Part shown: positions 56,857 to 64,000 of the stretch, in pieces
Numbering within the stretch: position 1 is the stretch's first letter
How the letters are laid out: every line of letters starts with the position of its first letter
The notes under the pieces: model-generated
Databases searched by the model: none
Told to the model about the DNA's origin: nothing
The model's input: only the letters and a program-made list of their open reading frames with translations
NCBI GenBank assembly: GCA_964228555.1
Contig: CAXQZU010000040.1
Coordinates: 47,511-111,510, forward strand
Reading direction: 5' to 3'
DNA length: 64,000 bases
Source: Planctomycetota bacterium
GTDB taxonomy: Bacteria > Planctomycetota > PLA2 > JAEUHO01
Made by a program: the position numbers and the translations under genes

Positions 56857-57133
56857 GCGATGACCCTCCGACGGCCTCTGCCCGGCCAGCCCGGGCGGTG
56901 CAGGGTACGGGCGCCCTGCGAGGGCCGGAAGGCATGCCCGCGTGACACGAACATGACAATCGAGGGCTTGCCAACGCCGGCGCAGCCCTCGTGGGGCACC
57001 CGCGTACCCGACGTGGGCGAGGGAGTTGTTGCGTTGAAGGCGCGAAAGGTTATTGTCCCCCCTGCCGATGGTTCAAGTACGAACCTGGCCCGGGCCCGTT
57101 GGGGCGCGGGAACCCTTGGGAGGACACGGTCAC

Positions 57134-57382
57134 ATGAAGAAGCTTCTCTCGCTCGTCGCCCTGGTGGGCACGGTGGCGGCCCTGGCGGGCTGCCGTTCGT
57201 CCTGCGAGCCCAACCCCTGCGCCCCGTGCGTCGCGGAGCCGGTGTACCAGAGCCCCTGCTGCCCGGCCCCCAGCGGCCGCGTGGGCATGGGCTCGGCCCC
57301 GGCCATGGCGCCCGCGGCTGCCCCCGCGGCTCCCGCCGCCGAGGCGGCCTGCGGTGCCGGCGGCAAGGCCTGCGGCAAGTAG
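57134..57382 (+). CDS. small Cys/Pro/Ala-rich lipoprotein 1 (82 aa)
   Basis: GGAGGA RBS; MKKLLSLVALVGTVAALAG-C lipobox; 8 Cys; own terminator. Confidence 0.8.
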   Translation: MKKLLSLVALVGTVAALAGCRSSCEPNPCAPCVAEPVYQSPCCPAPSGRVGMGSAPAMAPAAAPAAPAAEAACGAGGKACGK

Positions 57383-57410
57383 TCCGCTCCACCGCGGATC
57401 GATCGAACGA

Positions 57411-57448
57411 GAAGGCGCGGGGCGCACGCCCTGCGCCTTCTTCCTTTT
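57411..57448 (+). terminator. intrinsic terminator
   Basis: GAAGGCGCGGGGCG/CGCCCTGCGCCTTC stem followed by TTCCTTTT. Confidence 0.75.
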
Positions 57449-57504
57449 CATGCCCTGCTGCCTCGCGTACGCCGCGCCAAGCTGGAGCGCGCCCCGGAGA
57501 TGCC

Positions 57505-57693
57505 ATGACCGCCCCCCGTGCCCTCGCCCTGCTGCTGGGCCTCGTGCTGGCTGGCGGCCTGCTGGCCGGCTGCTGCAACGACATCTGCTGCTCGACGCGC
57601 ATCCCCCCGGATCCCTGCGAGCCCTGCCCCCCGCAGCAGGCTGTGCCCACCGGCTCGCCCTGGACCACGCCTCCGCCCACGACGGGCACCTAG
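57505..57693 (+). CDS. small Cys/Pro-rich lipoprotein 2 (62 aa)
   Basis: GGAG RBS; ...GGLLAG-CCNDICCSTRIPPDPCEPCPP. Confidence 0.72.
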   Translation: MTAPRALALLLGLVLAGGLLAGCCNDICCSTRIPPDPCEPCPPQQAVPTGSPWTTPPPTTGT

Positions 57694-57836
57694 TCCCCGG
57701 CGCCGGTTTTCACGCTGCCTTCACGCAAGGCTCACCGCGCCTTCGGACGGCGCGCTAGCATGCCGGAAGCAGGCGGGCAGCCTGCGCGTTCCCCTACCCT
57801 CCGGGCATCCCGCCCGGTCTCCCTGGAGCCTCTCCC

Positions 57837-58025
57837 ATGAAGATCCGCAACCTCGCGCTGGCCGGCCTGCTGGTGCTCGTCGGCGGCAGCCTCGGCGGCT
57901 GCTGCCAGGACCTGTTCTGCAAGATCCCGGCCTGCGACCCCTGCGCGCCCAACCCCTGCGACCCCTGCGCGCCGGCCGCGGCTGCCCCGGCGGCTGCGCC
58001 CGCCGCGGCTCCCGCCGCCAAGTAG
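57837..58025 (+). CDS. small Cys/Pro/Ala-rich lipoprotein 3 (62 aa)
   Basis: GGAG RBS; MKIRNLALAGLLVLVGGSLGG-CCQDLFCKIPACDPCAPNPCDPCAP plus (PAAA)n. Confidence 0.8.
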   Translation: MKIRNLALAGLLVLVGGSLGGCCQDLFCKIPACDPCAPNPCDPCAPAAAAPAAAPAAAPAAK

Positions 58026-58163
58026 CCGCGCCCGGGCGGCACGATCCTGGTCCCGCGAGCGGGCCGGCCTCCCCGAGGCCGGCCCGTTCCATGCCCGGGG
58101 CCGGCGGGCTCGCAGCCGGCCTCGCGCCGCTGCGACGATGTCATGGCCCGCGCCGCGCGAAGG

Positions 58164-58238
58164 TGGTCGGGGCGATGGGATTTGAACCCACGACTAGCAG
58201 CTCCCAAAGCTGCACCTCTACCGCTGAGGTACGCCCCG
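58164..58238 (-). tRNA. tRNA-Pro(TGG)
   Basis: CGGGGCG/CGCCCCG acceptor, anticodon arm GCAGC-TTTGGGA-GCTGC, GGTTCAAATCC, encoded CCA. Confidence 0.94.
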
Positions 58239-58296
58239 CGTCGCGAACGACTCTCGCAGGCTACCACGCACGCGGCCCGCGAGGCTGCAGGGCGCG

Positions 58297-60102
58297 CTAG
58301 CCGCCCGTGGTGGGCCCGCCGCCACCCGAGCCCGGGCGCGGGCCCGCGGGCGGGGGCTGTGGCGGAGGGGGCGGAGGCGTGGGCGCCTGCGGCGGCGGGC
58401 TGGCTCGCTGCGGCCGCGGCTCGGGCTCGGCGCGGCGCGGCTCTGGCGCTTCCTCGACGATCTGCACCTCCTTGCGCCAGGTCCGGATCACCGACTTCTC
58501 CACCAGCAAGGACCACGGCGTGGAGGCAAAGCGGCCACGCAGGCGTTCCATCGCGAAGACCGCCTCGGCCAGGCGGCGCGTGCGAGCCGCATCGCCCAGG
58601 TCCACGCCCCGGCGCAAGCCCGGCGAGGCCGGCGAGAGCACGATGCTGCTCTCCAGCAGGCGCACGCGGCGCTGCGTGACGTCCAGCGGCCGCACGCTGT
58701 CGAGCGCGGCCGCCAGTTCCCCCAGATGGAACCGTGCGAGGCGCAGTTGCGCCCCCAGCAGCAGGAAGTCGGCCTCGAGCCGTTCCAGCAGCGGGCTGGC
58801 CCCCGGCACCTCCTCGCGCGGCCGGCTGTCCTCTTGCTCCCAGCCCAGCAGGCACGCCTCGATCACCGCCACGCGCGCGTCCACCCAGCGGCGCGTGAGG
58901 GCGAGGTCGTCCTCGCTGGCATGCCAGGTGGGCGGCAAGGCCACGGAGCGCAGCATCCGGGCCGGGCGCGCCACGAGGGAGGTGCCCGCCAGCTCCACCG
59001 TGCCCAGCATGCCCACCAGCGGCACGGCCTCGTCGGCCAGCCGCTCCCACGTGCGCACGATGCAGCGCGCCCGCCCCTCGCGCGCGAGGTCGCGCAGGAT
59101 GCGCGAGCGGGGCCGCAAGTCGGGCGCCACCAGCGCGAGGCGCGACGGGTCGTAGAGGGTGGTGCGCCGGCCCGCCTGTCCGGCAGCCACCTGCGGGGCC
59201 GTGAAGTCGTGCAGGAAGTAGCGCCCGCCGCTGGTGTAGGCCAGCGACGCCAGCGGCCAGTAGCCAAAGCCGCTGGGCAGCGGATAGCGCGGCGGCGCCA
59301 CCCACAGGAAGTCCGTCCACGCCAGGTCGCCCTCCCAGCGGTAGGGCACCATGGGCCACGCCACCTCGGCGCCGAAGTGCATCGTGACCTCGCGCTTGCG
59401 CAGCTCGGGCGAGAAGCGTTCTGTCCAGCCGGCGGCCTCGTCCTTGCGCGGCACGTCCGGCACCGACCAGCCACGCTCGAAGGCCGCCTCGCCCGCCAGG
59501 GCGTAGAACGAGATGCCCGCCCCGAGCAGCAGGTCGCGCGTGGCCTCCACGTCGTCTTCGCCGTCGCCCCCTTCCTCGGTCACGAGCAGCAAGGCCTTGG
59601 GGCCGGTCACCTCCGTGCGCGCGAGGATGCCCACCGCGCGACGCACCTCGGCCAGCAGGTTCTTGGGGCCCTCGACCGGCGTGCGCGCCAGCGCCTCCAG
59701 CGCCGCGCGCGCCCTGGAGCGCACCATGGTGGGCGGCGTGCTGTCGCCGCCCGCCGCCAGCACGCCGACGTGCAGGCCAGCCGGGCCGTCACGGAACGCG
59801 TCCTCCAGGGCCAGCACGAGGCCCGGCAGGTCGTTGGCCAGGCTGCGCGTGGCGTCCACCCGCAGCAGCAGCGCACTGTCGCCCGCGGCCGGGACCCCGG
59901 CGCGCAGCCTGAGGTCGCCTGCCACGTAGGCGATGGCATCGCCCGCCCGGGTGCGGCGCTCGTAGACCTCGGCCGGCGTGCGCGCCGACCCCGCCGGCCC
60001 GGCGCAGGCCGGGGAGGGTGACGGCAGGAAGCCCGCCCCCGCCGCTGCGGCACAGGCCAGCAGGCCGAGCATGCAGAGGACCCTGCGGCGACCACGCGGC
60101 AT
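58297..60102 (-). CDS. exported vWA-like domain protein with Pro-rich C-terminus
   Basis: Signal peptide; VDATRS (DxTxS MIDAS-like), LLLVTEE, SGFG..PLASLA..SGGRYF. Confidence 0.6.
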   Translation of the reverse strand: MPRGRRRVLCMLGLLACAAAAGAGFLPSPSPACAGPAGSARTPAEVYERRTRAGDAIAYVAGDLRLRAGVPAAGDSALLLRVDATRSLANDLPGLVLALEDAFRDGPAGLHVGVLAAGGDSTPPTMVRSRARAALEALARTPVEGPKNLLAEVRRAVGILARTEVTGPKALLLVTEEGGDGEDDVEATRDLLLGAGISFYALAGEAAFERGWSVPDVPRKDEAAGWTERFSPELRKREVTMHFGAEVAWPMVPYRWEGDLAWTDFLWVAPPRYPLPSGFGYWPLASLAYTSGGRYFLHDFTAPQVAAGQAGRRTTLYDPSRLALVAPDLRPRSRILRDLAREGRARCIVRTWERLADEAVPLVGMLGTVELAGTSLVARPARMLRSVALPPTWHASEDDLALTRRWVDARVAVIEACLLGWEQEDSRPREEVPGASPLLERLEADFLLLGAQLRLARFHLGELAAALDSVRPLDVTQRRVRLLESSIVLSPASPGLRRGVDLGDAARTRRLAEAVFAMERLRGRFASTPWSLLVEKSVIRTWRKEVQIVEEAPEPRRAEPEPRPQRASPPPQAPTPPPPPPQPPPAGPRPGSGGGGPTTGG

Positions 60103-60175
60103 GCGGGCAGCCTAGCACCCATGGCACGCGACGGGTGAGGGCCCGATCCCGCGCTGCGCAGGTATCCTCGCGCCG

Positions 60176-61270
60176 ATGCCCACCCTCACTGTCCCGCCTC
60201 GCTCCCGCTGGCCGCTCGGGCTGCGGGCCCTGCCCGTGGCCCTGCTGCTCGTGCTCTCGCTGGCCTGCGTCCCGGCTGCGTTGCGCGCCGACGACGGCCC
60301 CGCCCCGGCCGCCCCTGCGGCACCGGCCCCGCCCGAGGCCCCCAAGGCGGCGAGCGCCGCACGCGACCCGCTCGTGGTGGGCGTGTTCCCCATCGGCGAG
60401 GGCACCGTGGTGGACGGCGACACGGTGCGCGTGCCCGACCAGCCCTCCATCCGCATCGTGGGGCTGGACTGCGAGGAGGTGTTCCACCGCGACCGGGACC
60501 GCCAGGCCGCCGAGGCCGACTTCAAGGCCTACGCCCGCGACAAGCGCGGCGACAGCCCCCTGCCCGTGAAGTACGGCACGCCCGCCGGCGAGGCCGCGCG
60601 CGACTTCGTGCGCCAGCTGCTCGCCGGGGCCACGGCGCTGCGCATCGAGCGCGACGGCCTGCAGGGGCCCGAGCGAGACGGCTTCGACCGCCTGCTGGGC
60701 CACGTCATCGTGCTGCGCCCCGGACGCGAGCTGAACCTGGCCCTGGAGCTGGTGCGAGCCGGCCACTCGCCCTACTTCGTGAAGTACGGGCGCAACCGCC
60801 GCCTGGATGCCGAGTTCGAGGCCGCGCAGGCCGAGGCCCGCGAGGCACGCCGCGGCATCTGGGGCAGCGCGGGACCGGATCACTATCCCGACTACGACGA
60901 GCGGCTGGCGTGGTGGGCGGAGCGCGCCGCGCAGGTGAGCGCCTGGCGCGCCGCACCGGACGCCGAGGACCGCATCGAGCTGGGCACCGAGCAGGCCAGC
61001 CAGCGCCTCGCCGCACGCGCAGGCAAGCCCGTGACGCTGTTCGGCACGCTGGGTCGCATGCGGCTGGACGAGTTCCCCTTCCTCGTGTTCATGGCCCACC
61101 AGAAGGGCAAGGACATCCCGTTGGTGTTCCGCGACCGCAAGGTGCTGGATGCCGTGGACCCGGTGCGGCTGGCGCGCGGCTACGTGGTGGTGCGCGGCAC
61201 GCTCACGCTCTACCGCGGCAGCCCGCAGGTGGAAGTCGAGGACGCCGGCCAGGTGTCGCGCGCGCCATGA
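60176..61270 (+). CDS. exported thermonuclease (SNase) family protein with C-terminal OB-fold-like domain
   Basis: VVDGDTV, IRIVGLDCEE, DGFDRLLGHV, LVRAGHS, AREARRGIW. Confidence 0.87.
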   Translation: MPTLTVPPRSRWPLGLRALPVALLLVLSLACVPAALRADDGPAPAAPAAPAPPEAPKAASAARDPLVVGVFPIGEGTVVDGDTVRVPDQPSIRIVGLDCEEVFHRDRDRQAAEADFKAYARDKRGDSPLPVKYGTPAGEAARDFVRQLLAGATALRIERDGLQGPERDGFDRLLGHVIVLRPGRELNLALELVRAGHSPYFVKYGRNRRLDAEFEAAQAEAREARRGIWGSAGPDHYPDYDERLAWWAERAAQVSAWRAAPDAEDRIELGTEQASQRLAARAGKPVTLFGTLGRMRLDEFPFLVFMAHQKGKDIPLVFRDRKVLDAVDPVRLARGYVVVRGTLTLYRGSPQVEVEDAGQVSRAP

Positions 61271-62352
61271 GCCTGCACCTGCGCCACGGACTGCTGCTGA
61301 TCCTGGGCGCCCTGCTGGCGGGCCTGCCCGCCTGCGGAGCGCCCGCACAGTCGCCGTCCCAGGCCATCCCGGAGCGCGCGCGCACGCTGTTCCTCTCGCA
61401 CATCCTGTTCAGCAACCAGCGGCAGGCGCCCTCGCTGCAGCGCCGCCGCGCCGAGGCCGCGCTGGACCTCGTGCGACGCGGCACGCCCTTCGCCGAGGTC
61501 GCCCGCGCCCAGAGCGAGGACCTCGTGTCGCGCGCCGTGGGCGGCGTGCTGGGGTGCTGGCGCACGGGCGAGGAGGGCATGCAGGCGCTGGACGGGGCAG
61601 CGCAGGTCATGGCGGAGGGACAGGTGGCGGGGCCGGTGGAGACCACCTCGGGCTGGCACCTGCTGCTGCGCCATCCCTACGAGGAAGGACGGCAGGCAGA
61701 GGCCGCCTCGTACATGCCCACCTGGGGCGTGGTGGTCGCCCATGGCGACGGCCCGCCGGGCAGCGAGCGCAGCCGCGAGGAAGCGCGCGCGCTGGCGCAG
61801 CAGCTGCTGTCCAACCTCCGTGCAGGCCGCATCTCGCTGGCCGAGGCGTGCGCGCAGAACCCCACCAGCATCCGGGTGCGCGCCGATGGCTGGATGGGAC
61901 TGGTCTCGCGCACGCCCTTGACCGAGCCCATGTGGGACCTGCTGGCGCGCACCCCGCCCGGGACCCTGGCAGGCCCGCTGGAGTCCGACCAAGGCATCGC
62001 GCTGTGCATGCGCACCCCCCTGCTGCGCTGCATCGTGCGTCACGTGCTGGTCCAGCATGCCGGCGCCGAGGGCACGGACATCCAGCAGTCCCGCACGGAG
62101 CAGGCCGCCCGGGCCCGCGCCGAGGAAGCGCTGGCGCGCGTGCTGGCGGCCCCCGGCGAGTGGGAGCGCGTGGTGCAGTCCTACAGCGACGAGCTGGCCA
62201 CCCGCGACGACCTCGGCTCGCTGGGCTGCGTCGGGCCGCAAGAGCTGCCGCCGGAGCTGGAGGCCGCGGTGCTCGAGACCGCGCCGGGCACCTTCTGCCG
62301 GCGCGTGGTGCGCACCGCGCGCGGCTGGCACGTGGTCTGGCGCGTGGACTAG
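61267..62352 (+). CDS. PpiC/parvulin peptidyl-prolyl isomerase lipoprotein (multi-domain)
   Basis: LPAC lipobox; SHIL...FAEVARAQSED...GG.LG...GPVET..GWHLL; RHVLV...YSDE...GSLG...GWHVV. Confidence 0.85.
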   Translation: MSLHLRHGLLLILGALLAGLPACGAPAQSPSQAIPERARTLFLSHILFSNQRQAPSLQRRRAEAALDLVRRGTPFAEVARAQSEDLVSRAVGGVLGCWRTGEEGMQALDGAAQVMAEGQVAGPVETTSGWHLLLRHPYEEGRQAEAASYMPTWGVVVAHGDGPPGSERSREEARALAQQLLSNLRAGRISLAEACAQNPTSIRVRADGWMGLVSRTPLTEPMWDLLARTPPGTLAGPLESDQGIALCMRTPLLRCIVRHVLVQHAGAEGTDIQQSRTEQAARARAEEALARVLAAPGEWERVVQSYSDELATRDDLGSLGCVGPQELPPELEAAVLETAPGTFCRRVVRTARGWHVVWRVD

Positions 62353-62398
62353 GCGGGACGCGGCAGCGAGGCGGGCGTGCGGCGCGCGCCACCGGGTG

Positions 62399-62472
62399 TG
62401 CCCCGGGCAGGACTCGAACCTGCAGCCTGCGGATTAGAAATCCGCTGCTCTATCCAGTTGAGCTACCGGGGC
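62399..62472 (-). tRNA. tRNA-Arg(TCT), CCA not encoded
   Basis: GCCCCGG acceptor, TAGCTCAACTGGATAGAGC D-arm, GCGGA-TTTCTAA-TCCGC anticodon arm, GGTTCGAGTCC. Confidence 0.95.
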
Positions 62473-62519
62473 CTGCGCGCGCCCGAGTGTACGGCCGCGC
62501 CTGCCGCGGGGCCTGCCAC

Positions 62520-63713
62520 CTAGGCCTGCCGCCCCAGCCAGTCGCGCAGCACGGAGGCCTCGTCGGCCCCCAGTTCGGGCCCGGCGTGCTCGGTGCGTCC
62601 GGGCGTCGCGCACAGGTGCGGGTGGATGGCGGGCAGGGCCAGCGGGCGTCCACCCACCTCGACCCGCTCCACGCCGCCGCGGGCAGCGAGGTGCGGGTCG
62701 GCCAGCAGGTCGGCTGCCGAGCGGATCGCGCTCGCAGGCACGCCCGCCCCGTCCATCGCCGCCAGCACGTCCTGCGCGCTGCGCGTGGCCGTCCACGCTG
62801 CGATGGCGGCGTCGATCGTCGCGGCGTGGGGCACGCGCTGGGCGTTGGTGGCGAGCCGCTCGTCGCGCGCGAGGTCCTCGCGTCCCACCACCTGCATCAG
62901 GCGCTGGAAGATGGAGTCGCCGTTGCCGCCGATGACCACGTGGCGCCCGTCCCGGCAGGCGTAGGCGTTGGTGGGCACGACCCCCGTGATCGTGGTCCCG
63001 CTGGGCTGTCGCACCACGCCGAGGCGATCGCACTCGGGCAGCGAGGACTCCAGCACCGACACCACGCTCTCGAGGATGGAGACGTCCACGGCCTGCCCCG
63101 GCCGGCCGGGCGTGCGCTCGCGGTGCAGCAGGGCCAGCAGCACGCCCATCACCACGTGGAAGGCCGCCAGGGAGTCGCCCAGCGACAGGTTGCTGCGCAC
63201 CGGCACCTGGCCGGGATGGCCGGTCACGTAGCGCAGGCCGCCGGCCGCCTCGCACACGGCCGCAAAGCCTGGCTTGTGCGCGTCGGGCCCGTCTTGCCCG
63301 TAGCCCGAGGCCGACGCCACCACGAGGCTGGGCTTGAGGCGCCGCAGGGCCTCGGGGTCGAGCCCCCACGAGGCCAGCGTGCCCGGCCGGAAGTTCTCGA
63401 TCACCACGTCCGCGGCCAGCGCCAGCTCGCGCGCGGTGGCCTGGCCTTGCGGCGTGCGCAGGTCGAGCACGATGCTGCGCTTGTTGCGCCCCAGGCTGCG
63501 CCACCACAGCGAGGTGCCGTCGGCGTCCAGCCCGCGCCAGCCACGGATGGGATCGCCGCCGGGCGGCTCCACCTTCACCACGTCGGCACCGAAGTAGGCC
63601 AGGATCGTGGCTGCGAAGGGCCCCGCCACCAGCTGGCCCAGTTCCAGCACGCGGATGCCATCCAGCGGTCGCGGGCCGCGAGCCGGGGGCGTGGGCTGGG
63701 CCGCTGCGCTCAT
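62520..63713 (-). CDS. CaiB/BaiF family III CoA-transferase
   Basis: PLDGIRVLEL, AGPFA, GADVVKVEPP.GD..R, RNKRS, ADVVIENFRPG, GYGQDGP. Confidence 0.93.
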   Translation of the reverse strand: MSAAAQPTPPARGPRPLDGIRVLELGQLVAGPFAATILAYFGADVVKVEPPGGDPIRGWRGLDADGTSLWWRSLGRNKRSIVLDLRTPQGQATARELALAADVVIENFRPGTLASWGLDPEALRRLKPSLVVASASGYGQDGPDAHKPGFAAVCEAAGGLRYVTGHPGQVPVRSNLSLGDSLAAFHVVMGVLLALLHRERTPGRPGQAVDVSILESVVSVLESSLPECDRLGVVRQPSGTTITGVVPTNAYACRDGRHVVIGGNGDSIFQRLMQVVGREDLARDERLATNAQRVPHAATIDAAIAAWTATRSAQDVLAAMDGAGVPASAIRSAADLLADPHLAARGGVERVEVGGRPLALPAIHPHLCATPGRTEHAGPELGADEASVLRDWLGRQA

Positions 63714-63773
63714 CGCGGCAGCATACCGGCCCGCGCTGCGGGCTAGCATCCGGTCGTACGCACAGGAGCCCGC

Positions 63774-64000
63774 ATGGATCCGCTCGCACCGCTCGAGGAG
63801 CCCACCAGCCTGTCGCAGGCGCGGGCCTGGCTGCGCGACGGGGACCCGCGCAAGCGCATGCTGGCAGCCAAGGCGCTGGGCCGGCAGGGCGCAAGCGTGG
63901 CCGAGGCCGTGCCGGACCTCTGCGCGGCGCTGCAGGACGCCGACCCCATGGTGCGCAGCATGGTGGCCTCGGCGCTGGGCCGCATTGGCGAGGGACGCGC
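63774..64000 (+). CDS. HEAT-repeat protein (5' part, runs off window)
   Basis: AGGAG RBS; manual translation MDPLAPLEE...LRDGDPRKRMLAAKALG...AVPDLCAALQDADPMVRSMVASALGRIG. Confidence 0.75.
   Translation, partial: MDPLAPLEEPTSLSQARAWLRDGDPRKRMLAAKALGRQGASVAEAVPDLCAALQDADPMVRSMVASALGRIGEGR

Noticed and set aside
57930-58020. Repeated GACCCCTGCGCGCC and GCGGCT units as a possible mini-CRISPR
   Set aside because: They are in-frame coding repeats (DPCAP, PAAA) with no unique spacers and no cas genes.
62399-62472. tRNA-Arg(TCT) lacking an encoded CCA as a sign of an integration scar
   Set aside because: CCA-less tRNA genes are common, and there is no duplicated 3' end or mobile gene nearby.

Overview
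A very GC-rich bacterial chromosomal window with mostly housekeeping genes. I see no integrase, transposase, prophage or CRISPR array. From left to right it holds: a minus-strand dcw cluster (mraZ-rsmH-ftsL-ftsI-murE-murF-mraY-ftsW-murG-murC-murB-ftsQ) with no murD, ddl, ftsA or ftsZ inside it; SRP RNA and tRNA-Ser(GGA); a repeat lipoprotein; 2-oxoacid:ferredoxin oxidoreductase alpha/beta; DUF47-pit; an SDR; a CPA2 antiporter followed by a diadenylate-cyclase-domain gene; an MFS transporter; a full rrf2-sufBCDSUT operon; an RRM protein; type II topoisomerase B/A; a DUF4129-DUF4350-MoxR-DUF58-SpoIIM-RDD cluster; USP, Lon-like protease, archease and rtcB; a DUF4258-like gene with a WYL regulator; tRNA-Ser(CGA), tadA, fur and purD; three tiny Cys/Pro-rich lipoproteins; tRNA-Pro, a vWA-like protein, a thermonuclease, a parvulin, tRNA-Arg, a CoA-transferase and a HEAT-repeat gene. 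The gene content suggests a Planctomycetota/PVC-like organism, but that is inference only. The best leads are: (1) MraY with a LysM-like domain inserted in its periplasmic loop; (2) three small Cys-rich lipoproteins resembling chlamydial OmcA, with 11-bp-periodic operator-like repeats; (3) a putative RNase + WYL module with a palindromic operator directly behind archease-rtcB; (4) an ftsA/ftsZ-less dcw cluster with an unknown membrane protein coupled to ftsQ; (5) a DAC enzyme next to an RCK_C antiporter; (6) a recurring -10 hexamer 6-7 nt before start codons, suggesting leaderless mRNAs. All family calls come from reading motifs by eye; no database searches were run.
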